24,000 nt of DNA from Candidatus Synechococcus calcipolaris G9 (GTDB taxonomy: Bacteria; Cyanobacteriota; Cyanobacteriia; Thermosynechococcales; Thermosynechococcaceae): the NCBI RefSeq assembly GCF_029582805.1, contig NZ_JAKKUT010000002.1, forward strand, positions 1,613,747 to 1,637,746, in the 5' to 3' direction. The translations under genes were made by a program, and so were the position numbers. Below the pieces are notes generated by a model that worked only from the letters and a program-made list of their open reading frames with translations, was not told where the DNA came from and did not search any database. Position 1 is the stretch's first letter, and every line of letters starts with the position of its first letter. Of the stretch, positions 1 through 8,040 are shown piece after piece.

Positions 1-62
1 GTTTATTTTTATTCTTTACCGCTATCGCCAATTGATGCTTTTTGTTTTTGCCCGCCTATTCC

Positions 63-857
63 TCACTCGCTCTGACTGATCTCTACATTTACATTTTCTT
101 GCACCACGGCTTTGTTTCCCCTAGGGGTATGATTTGGCTCGTCCCGAATCACTTTGCCATCCCGGAAGAGCACAATCCGGTGGGTACATTCGGCCACATC
201 CGGCTCATGGGTGACCATTACCACCGTCATGCCATTCTCATTGAGTTGGCCAAAAATTTTAAGAATTTCCTGGGTGGTGTGGCTATCCAATGCTCCGGTG
301 GGTTCATCGGCCAGAAGCAACAGGGGTTGATTGACAATGGCCCGGGCGATCGCCACCCGTTGTTGTTGCCCCCCTGAGAGTTGATTAGGACGATTATGGA
401 GACGGTGACCTAGACCCACCTGTTCCAAAGCCGTTATGGCCCGATCTCGCCGCTCTGGGCCAGACACATTGGCATAAACCATGGGCAGCATCACATTCTC
501 TAGGGCGGTTAACTGGCTCAGGAGGTGGAACTGCTGGAAGACAAAGCCAATTTTACGATTGCGGATATGGGCTAGTTCCGTATCATCCAGCCTGGCCACA
601 TCGATGTCATCTAGAAAATAATGGCCATGACTGGGGCGATCGAGGCAACCAATAATATTCATCATGGTTGATTTGCCTGACCCAGAGGCTCCCATAATGG
701 CGCAGTATTCTCCCCGCTCAATTAACAGGTTCACCCCATTTAAGGCCCGGACTTCAGTTTCGCCTTTACCATAAATTTTCTGGAGATGATCTAGGCGAAT
801 GAGGGGTGGGGGGGTGGCAGGGGGGCTTGAAACTGCCAGGGGAAGGGATTGGGTCAT
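63..857 (-). CDS. ABC transporter ATP-binding protein (MacB/LolD-type ATPase subunit)
   Basis: 264-aa ORF. Motifs: Walker A GASGSGKST, Q-loop FVFQQF, ABC signature LSGGQQQRV, Walker B LLLADEPT, H-loop VMVTHE. A Pro-rich leader of about 20 aa precedes the IRLDHLQKIY core. ATG at 855-857; stop tca(rc) at 63-65. Confidence 0.9.
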   Translation of the reverse strand: MTQSLPLAVSSPPATPPPLIRLDHLQKIYGKGETEVRALNGVNLLIERGEYCAIMGASGSGKSTMMNIIGCLDRPSHGHYFLDDIDVARLDDTELAHIRNRKIGFVFQQFHLLSQLTALENVMLPMVYANVSGPERRDRAITALEQVGLGHRLHNRPNQLSGGQQQRVAIARAIVNQPLLLLADEPTGALDSHTTQEILKIFGQLNENGMTVVMVTHEPDVAECTHRIVLFRDGKVIRDEPNHTPRGNKAVVQENVNVEISQSE

Positions 858-877
858 GTTTTTAGCCTACTCGCCTA

Positions 878-1228
878 TCAAATGGATACAGCCTGATCAT
901 AGCGGAGGCGTTCTAGGCTGCGATCGCCATACATATCATCAATGTGTTCACGGCAGCAATCAATGGCAAACTCATTGAGTTCTTCTGGGGGCACACCATA
1001 CAACGATTGAAAGACCTCAGGGTTAACGCGGCAGAAACGCGGACGTTGATCATAGATACGGCATTCTCGATTCACTGGGTCGAGATGGATGCACCAGCCA
1101 TCCTCACCAATCAAACCCAGGTAGGTGTCCCACTCCTCTGCATTCAGGTATCCGGGAACCTCTGTCCGCTCCTCTAAATCCAGATAACAGCAGGCTCCAC
1201 ACCCTTTAATACATTGCCAAGTTGCCAT
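878..1228 (-). CDS. YkgJ-family cysteine-cluster protein (CxxCxxCC putative Fe/Zn-chelating domain)
   Basis: 116-aa ORF. N-terminal CIKGCGACCY and later C-x-IYDQRPRFCR match the YkgJ/UPF0153 pattern. It ends 20 bp upstream of the ABC ATPase gene on the same strand, so it is probably co-transcribed. Confidence 0.75.
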   Translation of the reverse strand: MATWQCIKGCGACCYLDLEERTEVPGYLNAEEWDTYLGLIGEDGWCIHLDPVNRECRIYDQRPRFCRVNPEVFQSLYGVPPEELNEFAIDCCREHIDDMYGDRSLERLRYDQAVSI

Positions 1229-1238
1229 TATGTTCCTC

Positions 1239-1250
1239 AGGGGGCCCCCT
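1239..1250. repeat. Perfect 12-bp palindrome AGGGGGCCCCCT in the divergent ykgJ/psb30 intergenic region
   Basis: Read directly; the sequence is its own reverse complement. It lies 11 bp upstream of the ykgJ-like start and 54 bp upstream of psb30. Function unknown. Confidence 0.9.
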
Positions 1251-1303
1251 TGGGGCGTAAAATATAGGCCATGACCACTGCCGCTGATTGACTTGGAGAG
1301 ATT

Positions 1304-1432
1304 ATGGGGTTCTTAAACTTCCTTGGTAACATCAATTTTGAAGTCATTGCCCAATTGACGATGATTAGCATGATTGGCATTGCCGGCCCAGTCGTGATCT
1401 TCCTGCTAGCCCTGCGTCGAGGCAACCTTTAG
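1304..1432 (+). CDS. psb30: Photosystem II reaction centre protein Psb30 (Ycf12)
   Basis: 42-codon ORF absent from the ORF track because it is under 60 aa. Product: MGFLNFLGNINFEVIAQLTMISMIGIAGPVVIFLLALRRGNL. The NINFEVIAQLTMI..IGIAGP..IFLLA.RRGNL core matches cyanobacterial Ycf12 as I remember it. GGAGAG Shine-Dalgarno at 1295-1300; ATG 1304; TAG 1430-1432. Confidence 0.85.
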   Translation: MGFLNFLGNINFEVIAQLTMISMIGIAGPVVIFLLALRRGNL

Positions 1433-1448
1433 TTCCTTTCCCTAAACC

Positions 1449-3791
1449 TTAAGGGGACTCACTTAGTTTAACTAAAAAATCCTCAGCCCTCCGCTGATAC
1501 CACTGCTGAAGGTGTTCTATTTCCTGCTCTAGGGGTAATGTATCCTTAAATCCCGTGCAGGGATAACCCATTCCCCGAAGGGCAGCAACGATGGTGCGGG
1601 GGGCGACCCAATGGGTTTGGCCGAGGGCCAATAAATTGAGTTTCGGCTGTGCCTGTCCCTGAAGCTGGCCCAGATGAATGCTCAGCTTGGCCTGGAGTTC
1701 TACCCCCTGGGGAAAACGGGGGCGGTGGCCGGCCAGGTAGACAGTGTTAGGTTTGCCGATGGCCAGTAACCAGCGTAAATGGCTCCAAGACGGCGGTAAG
1801 GTCCAAAAAATAAACGTTGGACAGACCTGCCGGGGGCGATCGTAGTGAATTTGGGCGGATAGTTCCCGTTGAGCGACGTAGGGCCGTTGATCGCCATAGA
1901 TTAAAATATCTCCCCTGAGGTGGGCTAAACATTGGCCGAGGTCATCCAACGGCTGCCAGTTGGGGGAGGGGTAATTCGGTGGCTCGGGACAGTCCCAGGG
2001 AATTTCCACATTTTTCTTGATGGAGATAGATACAGGAGTCGTGACGGTGGGACGGAACCCCGCTAATTCCAACTCCAGGGTGGTTTGGCCTCGCCAATTG
2101 TGCGATCGCAGTTTGTAGGCAATATCAATCTCCTGGGGCAAAGGGTAATAGTCTCCCCACCGCCAAGCCTTTGCCGGTATGGTAACTGTTTCACTGGGGC
2201 AATGGGGATTTTCCTGGCCGAGGGTAAATTTGAGGTGAGCCTGACTGGCTCCCATGGTGCTTTGCTCTAAAACCCTAACTCCCCGACTGGAAAAGATCGG
2301 CTCTGGATTGCCCATACCAAAGGGTTGCAGATTTTCCAGACTTTCGTAGAGTTCCCAGGAAATATCCGCCAAACTAATTTCAGCATCCAGGGTTACTAAG
2401 GGACGCAGGTACTCAGGTTCCAAACAGCGATGGGCAAAGTCCCGTAGCCGCGATCGCCAGCGGTCTAAATTTTCAGTTTTGAGGGAAAATCCACCGGCCG
2501 CTCGATGTCCACCAAATTTTTCCAGCAGATCCGCTGAATCCTGGAGTGCGGCAAAGACATCAAACTCAGGAATGCCCCGCGCCGATCCCCGTAAATGGTT
2601 CCCATCTTCGGGGGTGGCAATAAACACGGGAACCCCATACCGCTCCAATAGTCGGGAAGCGACAATGCCAATCACGCCATGGTGCCAGCCAGATTTAAGA
2701 ATCACTAAAACCCGTTCCTGCTCTGGATCAAAGCCGCTTTCTTCTACCAGGGCGATCGCCTCTTCTTCAATGGTTGTACAGAGGTTCTGGCGTTCCTTAT
2801 TGGTAGCCTCACAGATTTCTGCCAGGGCTTGGGCTTCCTGGGAATCATCCGTGGTCAGCAGATCAATGACAACTTGGGGATCCCCAATGCGGCCAATGGC
2901 GTTAATCCGAGGGCCGAGGCGAAACCCGACGGCGGTTGGTTTCAGGCTGCTATTGGCATTGGGCAGACTATCTGAGACCAGCATCAAAGCTTGAATTCCC
3001 GCTAAATTCGATTGGGGAATGGTTTGTAAACCCTGTTTCACCCAGCGACGGTTCACCCCCGTTAAGGCCGCTAAATCGGCGATCGTGCCCAGTGTACAGA
3101 GTTCGCGCAGGGGCCGCACTAAACCCTTGACCTGTCCTAGGCGTTGGGCAAGGGAAATGGCTAAAACATAGGCCACACCCACCCCTGCCAAACTGGCATA
3201 GGGGGAATCTGGGGGCAACAATTTGGGATTGAGAATGGCTTCAGCCGGGGGCAATTCCGGCGGTATGTCATGGTGATCGGTCACAATCACGGCAATACCC
3301 AATTCCCGGGCCCGTTGAATGGGTTCTAGGGCACTAATGCCATTATCCACGGTTAAAATTAGCTTGATGCCCCGTCGGTGGCAGTCTTCAACAATGCGGG
3401 AATTAATGCCATAGCCCTCCTGCATCCGTGAAGGAATTTCGTAGTCAATGTTGGCCCCCAAGTGGCGCAAGGCCCGCAGCAACAGTGCCGTACTGGTCAT
3501 ACCATCGGCATCGTAGTCCCCACAAATAGTTATTTTCTGCCCCTGGGCGATCGCCTGACTCAATAGCTCAACGGCAATTCCCAAATTTTCAAAAACCTCA
3601 TGGGGGGGAGGAAGAATTAAGGACTCTGGCTCCAGAAAGGCTTTAATGTCGGCTTCCGTTTGCCACCCCCGATTCACCAACACTTGAGCCAACAGGGGAG
3701 CGCATTGTAATTTCTGGGATAAGTTGCTAATCAGAGCCGGATCGGACTCCTGGAGGTGCCAACGTTGGTTGGGATAGGGGGAAGACGACAT
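1449..3791 (-). CDS. recJ: Single-stranded-DNA-specific exonuclease RecJ (long cyanobacterial form)
   Basis: DHH-family motifs GDYDADGMTS, TVDNG and VTDHHD, the DHHA1 motif GGHRAAGG, and a long C-terminal extension. The ORF is open to 3932. That start would overlap the divergent GST-like gene (ATG 3917, strong SD) by 16 bp, so I place the start at the internal ATG 3789-3791 (MSSSPYPNQRW...). The start is uncertain. Confidence 0.88.
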   Translation of the reverse strand: MSSSPYPNQRWHLQESDPALISNLSQKLQCAPLLAQVLVNRGWQTEADIKAFLEPESLILPPPHEVFENLGIAVELLSQAIAQGQKITICGDYDADGMTSTALLLRALRHLGANIDYEIPSRMQEGYGINSRIVEDCHRRGIKLILTVDNGISALEPIQRARELGIAVIVTDHHDIPPELPPAEAILNPKLLPPDSPYASLAGVGVAYVLAISLAQRLGQVKGLVRPLRELCTLGTIADLAALTGVNRRWVKQGLQTIPQSNLAGIQALMLVSDSLPNANSSLKPTAVGFRLGPRINAIGRIGDPQVVIDLLTTDDSQEAQALAEICEATNKERQNLCTTIEEEAIALVEESGFDPEQERVLVILKSGWHHGVIGIVASRLLERYGVPVFIATPEDGNHLRGSARGIPEFDVFAALQDSADLLEKFGGHRAAGGFSLKTENLDRWRSRLRDFAHRCLEPEYLRPLVTLDAEISLADISWELYESLENLQPFGMGNPEPIFSSRGVRVLEQSTMGASQAHLKFTLGQENPHCPSETVTIPAKAWRWGDYYPLPQEIDIAYKLRSHNWRGQTTLELELAGFRPTVTTPVSISIKKNVEIPWDCPEPPNYPSPNWQPLDDLGQCLAHLRGDILIYGDQRPYVAQRELSAQIHYDRPRQVCPTFIFWTLPPSWSHLRWLLAIGKPNTVYLAGHRPRFPQGVELQAKLSIHLGQLQGQAQPKLNLLALGQTHWVAPRTIVAALRGMGYPCTGFKDTLPLEQEIEHLQQWYQRRAEDFLVKLSESP

Positions 3792-3916
3792 CACAATCCT
3801 GCAATAACAACCTATCGTATTTTGACACTCCCCGCCCTCATGTACGAGGCTTTCAAGAAACGCTATGGTAATGGCATTCAGTTGATCAACCTTAGCAAAA
3901 AACCGAGGAGAATTGA

Positions 3917-5125
3917 ATGACGGTTGCGCCACTCAGTTGGTCTGAATTAGAGGCCATCAATGATTTTTCAGTTGACCTAATTCATGGAGCCACCAACTCT
4001 CAGTCCGGCTTACGGTTATTTGGACAGACTGAAGATCAGGTGCGAGTTACCCTCTATCGGGATCATCATGCTTGGTGTCCCTACTGTCAAAAGGTCTGGC
4101 TTTGGCTTGAGGAAAAGCAAATTCCCTACCGCATCCAAAAAGTATCCATGGTTTGCTATGGCCAAAAGCAGGACTGGTATAAGCAAAAGGTTCCCTCTGG
4201 AATGTTGCCGGCCTTGGAATTGGATGGCCGTTTGATCACCGAAAGTGATGATATTTTGATTGCCCTAGAGCGAACCTTTGGCCCCCTAGGGTATGAGATG
4301 ACAGACGCAACAGTGATTCCCCTGCGCCAATTGGAGCGATCGCTGTTTCGGGCTTGGTGTATTTGGCTCTGTTCCCGCTACCGCTCAGAACGGGAAGAAC
4401 AACGGCGGCGAGATCAATTTACCGCAGTAATCAAAGACTTGGAAGCAGCCCTAGACCTAACCCCTCCCTACTTTTTACCCGTTTTTAGTGTAGTTGATGT
4501 GATCTTTACCCCCTTTTTGGAGCGCATGAATGCCAGTCTGTACTACTATAAGGGCTATTCACTTCGAGAAGAAAATATAGGTTTAGCCGCTTGGTTTGCG
4601 GCCATGGAAACCCGCTCGACCTATCGCGGTACCCAAAGTGATTTTCATACCCACGTCCATGATTTACCGCCCCAAATGGGGGGATGTTACAGCAACGCCC
4701 ATCCCCAGACCCAGATCAACCAAAACCGTGTTAATTTTGGGCCTTGGTTGGGATTGCCCGATGTGTCCTATCCAGAGCCGGATACAGCGCGGCAAGAGGC
4801 CCTCTACCGGGTATTGAAGCATCGTACAAATATTATGCGGGTGAACCCCGCCAGTCCAGAGGTGATTGATTGGGCACTTCGTTGCGCTCTCACCAAATTG
4901 ATCAAGGGAGAAGACTGTTTACCGCCCCCAGGTTCCGATGGGGCATTGCGCTATTTGCGCGATCGCATTAGTGTGCCCCGAGATATGTCAATCTATGCAG
5001 CCAAGCATCTACGGCAGGCCTTGGAAGTAACGGCGGCTTTGGCTGGAGATGGCCAACCGGCCCCGTTGCCCGTGAATCACCGCCAAGATCAGAACCCAGC
5101 TAATTTTAACGTGAGTTCGGCTTAA
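3917..5125 (+). CDS. Glutathione S-transferase-like protein with thioredoxin-fold N-domain (CPYC motif) and long C-terminal extension
   Basis: 402-aa ORF. GAGGAG SD at 3904-3909, 7 nt before the ATG. The N-domain [26 protein letters not shown]...[16 protein letters not shown] fits a GST-N/glutaredoxin-like fold with Cys-type active site CPYC. The last 6-7 codons plus the stop lie inside the IS-derived element at 5106-5349. Confidence 0.75.
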   Translation: MTVAPLSWSELEAINDFSVDLIHGATNSQSGLRLFGQTEDQVRVTLYRDHHAWCPYCQKVWLWLEEKQIPYRIQKVSMVCYGQKQDWYKQKVPSGMLPALELDGRLITESDDILIALERTFGPLGYEMTDATVIPLRQLERSLFRAWCIWLCSRYRSEREEQRRRDQFTAVIKDLEAALDLTPPYFLPVFSVVDVIFTPFLERMNASLYYYKGYSLREENIGLAAWFAAMETRSTYRGTQSDFHTHVHDLPPQMGGCYSNAHPQTQINQNRVNFGPWLGLPDVSYPEPDTARQEALYRVLKHRTNIMRVNPASPEVIDWALRCALTKLIKGEDCLPPPGSDGALRYLRDRISVPRDMSIYAAKHLRQALEVTAALAGDGQPAPLPVNHRQDQNPANFNVSSA

Positions 5126-5349
5126 ACAACTGTGAGTAAATGGTGATCAATCGTAATGGATGGCTTCTTCGGTTGATGAGTATAGACAATTAGCCCACAG
5201 ACGATATCCACGATACAGTTGATTGGGGAACGGTGACGAGAGTGTTCAAGTTGAGAAATGTTCTTCAACTGATCAATCACCGTCTCAAATAATGGCCCGT
5301 TTCCTCAGCATCAAGAGATCGCTCAATTCTTATCCCCAACTCACGTTAA
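5106..5349. mobile_element. Internally deleted IS / MITE-like element bounded by perfect 12-bp terminal inverted repeats
   Basis: TTAACGTGAGTT at 5106-5117 and its exact reverse complement AACTCACGTTAA at 5338-5349. The interior carries a start-less C-terminal DDE transposase fragment on the minus strand. The region is AT-richer than its flanks. I could not define an unambiguous target-site duplication. Confidence 0.7.
5122..5304 (-). pseudogene. C-terminal fragment of a DDE transposase (IS982/IS4-like), no start codon
   Basis: 60 codons open after an in-frame TGA. Product: [60 protein letters not shown]. The ETV.DQLKN..Q.EHSRHRS block is the conserved C-terminal region, including the catalytic E, of IS982-type transposases common in cyanobacteria. 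Upstream frames are full of stops. Its stop (5122-5124) overlaps the GST-like stop (5123-5125). Confidence 0.6.
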
Positions 5350-5358
5350 TTTCTATCC

Positions 5359-5733
5359 ATGGTTGTACTGACCCCTGACCATTTCCCAGATGCCTTTTGG
5401 CGGGCGATCGCCCAGTTTAATCAAAAAGACTACTACGCCTGCCACGACACTCTTGAAGACCTATGGATGGAAGCGATCGAACCGGAACGCAGCTTTTATC
5501 AGGGACTTTTGCAATTAGCCGTTGCCTGCTATCACCTCAGCCAAGGCAATCGCCGGGGAGCCATCTTGCTTCTAGGGGAAGGGATGAAGCGATTAAAACC
5601 CTATGGAGCGGACTACGCTCACCTCAACATTGCCCAACTGCGGCAACAGGCCCAATCCTTGCAACGAGAACTCCAGCAGTCTGGAGAGGTGTTACCCCTG
5701 CCCGATCTCTCTATTTCTAAAAATGATTTATAA
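5359..5733 (+). CDS. DUF309 domain-containing protein
   Basis: 124-aa ORF. FNQKDYYACHDTLEDLWME....FYQGLLQLAVACYHLSQGNRRGA matches the DUF309 (COG1547) helical pattern. The ATG lies only 9 nt after the right end of the IS-derived element. Confidence 0.75.
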   Translation: MVVLTPDHFPDAFWRAIAQFNQKDYYACHDTLEDLWMEAIEPERSFYQGLLQLAVACYHLSQGNRRGAILLLGEGMKRLKPYGADYAHLNIAQLRQQAQSLQRELQQSGEVLPLPDLSISKNDL

Positions 5734-5766
5734 AATCAAACATTCTAGGGTCTGCGGGAAAATTTA

Positions 5767-5787
5767 GCCCCAAGCTGAACCTGGGGC
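5767..5787 (-). terminator. GC-rich hairpin between convergent DUF309 gene and pgk (probable pgk terminator)
   Basis: GCCCCA (5767-5772) pairs with TGGGGC (5782-5787) around a 9-nt loop. On the minus-strand RNA the hairpin is followed by UAAAUUUUCCC. It sits 15 nt after the pgk stop. Confidence 0.45.
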
Positions 5788-5801
5788 CAAGGTATTCCTA
5801 A

Positions 5802-7004
5802 TTAGAGATCATCTAGGGCGGCAATGCCTGGCAAGACCTTTCCTTCTAGGAGTTCTAGGCTTGCACCACCTCCCGTGGAAATATGACTCATCTGACTGGC
5901 TACGCCGACCTTTTCCACCGCTGCAACGGAGTCCCCACCGCCAATAATGGTGCAAACGCCGGTTCCCGTTAATTCGGCTAGGGTGCGGGCGATCGCCTCA
6001 GTACCCACGGCAAATTTGTCAAACTCAAACACCCCCATGGGGCCATTCCAGATGACGGTTTTACATTCTGTCAGGGCTGCCTGAAACGCCTGAACCGAAT
6101 CCGGGCCAATATCTAGACCCATCCAGCCCTCAGGGATTTCTGAGACTGGAACGGTTTTAGCATTGGCATCGGCGGCAAAGGCATCGGCAACGACCACATC
6201 CGTGGGCAACAGAAAATCGACACCTTTTTCCTTCGCTTTGATTTCTAGCTGCTGGGCTAACTCCAATTTGTCTGCCTCTACGAGGGATTTACCCACGCTC
6301 AGACCCCGTGCTTGGTAGAACGTGAAAATCATGCCGCCGCCAAGGATCAGCTTATCTACTTTTTCCAGGAGGCTTTCAATGACACCAATTTTAGAGGAAA
6401 CCTTAGAGCCGCCGACAATGGCTGCCAAGGGCCGCCGCGGATGTTCAATGGCATTTTGCAGATACTCGAGTTCCTTCTCAATCAGGAATCCCGCCACACA
6501 GGGCCGGAGATACTTAGTGACACCTTCCGTGGAGGCATGGGCGCGGTGGGCCGTACCAAAGGCATCATTCACGTAGACATCGGCGCAGGCAGCTAATTGC
6601 TGGGCAAACTCGGGATCATTTTTTTCTTCTTCGGGATGGAAGCGTACATTTTCCAGTAGACAGACCTGGCCAGGGGTCATGGCTTGGCTATGGTTAACGA
6701 CCGCTTCACCAATGCAGTCATCTAGTTTGACAACGGTGGTATTGAGTAGTTCTCCGAGTCGCTGGGCCACCGGAGTAAGACGCAGCTTGTCATCCACCCC
6801 CTTGGGGCGACCAAAGTGACTGGTCAGAATCACCTTAGCGTTTTTAGTGATCAAGTCTTGAATGGTCGGTAGGGCGGCGCGAATGCGGGTATCGTCAGTG
6901 ATCTGGCCATTGCTATCTAAAGGAACATTAAAATCAGCCCGAACTAAGACTCGTTTACCATCTAAATCAGCGGTAGACAGATCTGCTAAGGTTTTTTTGG
7001 ACAC
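5802..7004 (-). CDS. pgk: Phosphoglycerate kinase
   Basis: 400-aa ORF with full-length PGK hallmarks ([28 protein letters not shown]). GTG start at 7002-7004. Confidence 0.97.
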   Translation of the reverse strand: MSKKTLADLSTADLDGKRVLVRADFNVPLDSNGQITDDTRIRAALPTIQDLITKNAKVILTSHFGRPKGVDDKLRLTPVAQRLGELLNTTVVKLDDCIGEAVVNHSQAMTPGQVCLLENVRFHPEEEKNDPEFAQQLAACADVYVNDAFGTAHRAHASTEGVTKYLRPCVAGFLIEKELEYLQNAIEHPRRPLAAIVGGSKVSSKIGVIESLLEKVDKLILGGGMIFTFYQARGLSVGKSLVEADKLELAQQLEIKAKEKGVDFLLPTDVVVADAFAADANAKTVPVSEIPEGWMGLDIGPDSVQAFQAALTECKTVIWNGPMGVFEFDKFAVGTEAIARTLAELTGTGVCTIIGGGDSVAAVEKVGVASQMSHISTGGGASLELLEGKVLPGIAALDDL

Positions 7005-7182
7005 GATACGGACTCCATAAGTGCGTCAATGGGGAGATGATAGAAATAGAGGCTTTCAGACGTTGTTTAAGGTGAATGGGCGATCGCTCACCTCAACGTT
7101 ATCCCAGAGTGGTTTATCCCCAGTCTGAGAACAATTTTACCGAAGGGTGTGCCCCCATAACCGATCTCGGAGTTAAACGACC

Positions 7183-7572
7183 ATGTTCAAAACAATTCTC
7201 TTTCCCATCGATCGCAGCCGTGATACCCAAGAAGCGGTACAAACGGTTGTTGAGTTAGTCCGTCTATGTCAAAGCAAACTCATTTTACTGTCAGTACAAA
7301 ATGATCAGATTGCCGACCCTGACTTGGCTGCGGCGATCGCCAGCTTTTTAGAGGAGGCCAAAACGGCATTTTCCGCCCAGGGGATTATTGCTGAAACCCT
7401 GCTGCGTCAAGGTAAACCCGCCTTTGTTATCTGCGATGTGGCGGATGAGTTGCAAATCGACTTGATTGTGATGGGCTGTCGGGGAACAGGCTTGACCCAG
7501 GAAGGTATTAATGAAAGCGTTAGCAATCGGGTGATTAATCTTTCCTCCTGCCCGGTCTTAGTAGTTCCCTAG
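7183..7572 (+). CDS. Universal stress protein (UspA family)
   Basis: 129-aa ORF. ILFPIDRS N-terminus and C-terminal MGCRGTG....SVSNRVINLSSCPVLVV match the Usp ATP-binding fold. Confidence 0.85.
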   Translation: MFKTILFPIDRSRDTQEAVQTVVELVRLCQSKLILLSVQNDQIADPDLAAAIASFLEEAKTAFSAQGIIAETLLRQGKPAFVICDVADELQIDLIVMGCRGTGLTQEGINESVSNRVINLSSCPVLVVP

Positions 7573-7620
7573 GGAGCCTTGATTCACGGCCGCTGAGCAC
7601 AGGAAGAGCAGATGCCATAA

Positions 7621-7827
7621 TTAAGCTACAACCTCTACTTGATGGGTTTCCACCGTAAGTGGTAAGCCACGCTCTGCACGAACTTGTAGGCAAGCCGCTA
7701 TGGCATCCTTGATGTTTTCAAGTGCGTCCTCTTTCGTTTGTCCCTGACTAATACAGCCTGGAATACTAGGACACTCTATAATCCAAACTCCATCCTCATC
7801 ACGCTCAAGGGTTACATTGAATTTCAT
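7621..7827 (-). CDS. hicB: HicB-like (UPF0150) type II antitoxin, solitary
   Basis: 68-aa ORF. MKFNVTLERDEDGVWIIECPSIPGCISQGQTKEDALENIKDAIAACL is the classic UPF0150/HicB N-terminal domain. It lies in an AT-rich islet. No intact hicA is present on either side. Confidence 0.8.
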   Translation of the reverse strand: MKFNVTLERDEDGVWIIECPSIPGCISQGQTKEDALENIKDAIAACLQVRAERGLPLTVETHQVEVVA

Positions 7828-7908
7828 AAGCCTTAGTTGATAGCGGCATAATATTCACTTAACAGCTTATCTCCTATCTCTCTATGGGATGTATCCCAAT
7901 AAACAGCC

Positions 7909-7958
7909 AAATAGGGCGATCGCCCCAGACCATGATAAATCCAGAGCGATCGCTATTT
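7909..7958 (-). terminator. HIP1-based long hairpin downstream of groEL (candidate groESL terminator)
   Basis: AAATAGGGCGATCGC (7909-7923) and GCGATCGCTATTT (7946-7958) form a 13-bp stem with a 2-nt bulge and a 22-nt loop. On the minus-strand RNA an A-run precedes it and GGCUGUUUAUU follows. Confidence 0.4.
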
Positions 7959-7990
7959 TTTTGAGTTTTGAGGACTTAGCCTCAGATTAG

Positions 7991-8040
7991 ACCTTGATCT
8001 ACCTTGATCATCTTAGGAATCGAAGACCTTAAAGACCTTA
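7991..8040. repeat. Short tandem direct repeats at the groEL 3' end
   Basis: ACCTTGATC occurs twice in tandem (7991-7999, 8001-8009). AGACCTTA occurs twice in tandem (8024-8031, 8033-8040), the second copy overlapping the groEL stop. The CCTTGAT core also occurs at 7577-7583, just after the usp stop. Confidence 0.85.

Noticed and set aside
42-377. 111-aa plus-strand ORF at the window start
   Set aside because: It is antisense to the ABC ATPase gene, whose Walker and signature motifs are unambiguous.
1237-1425. 62-aa minus-strand ORF
   Set aside because: It is antisense to psb30, which has a family signature and an RBS. The minus-strand product has no features.
2479-2994. 171-aa plus-strand ORF antisense to recJ (plus smaller ORFs at 1700-2270 and 2936-3130)
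   Set aside because: It lies entirely within the well-supported recJ frame. The product is rich in Arg, Ser and Pro and looks like nonsense, which is typical of a shadow ORF.
7836-7952. Possible decayed hicA toxin gene upstream of hicB
   Set aside because: The frame ending 5 nt before the hicB ATG is open for only 39 codons (RSLWIYHGLGRSPYLAVYWDTSHREIGDKLLSEYYAAIN). It has no ATG or GTG start and no recognisable HicA motif. I cannot support a pseudogene call from sequence alone, so it is mentioned only as a caveat in the hicB finding.
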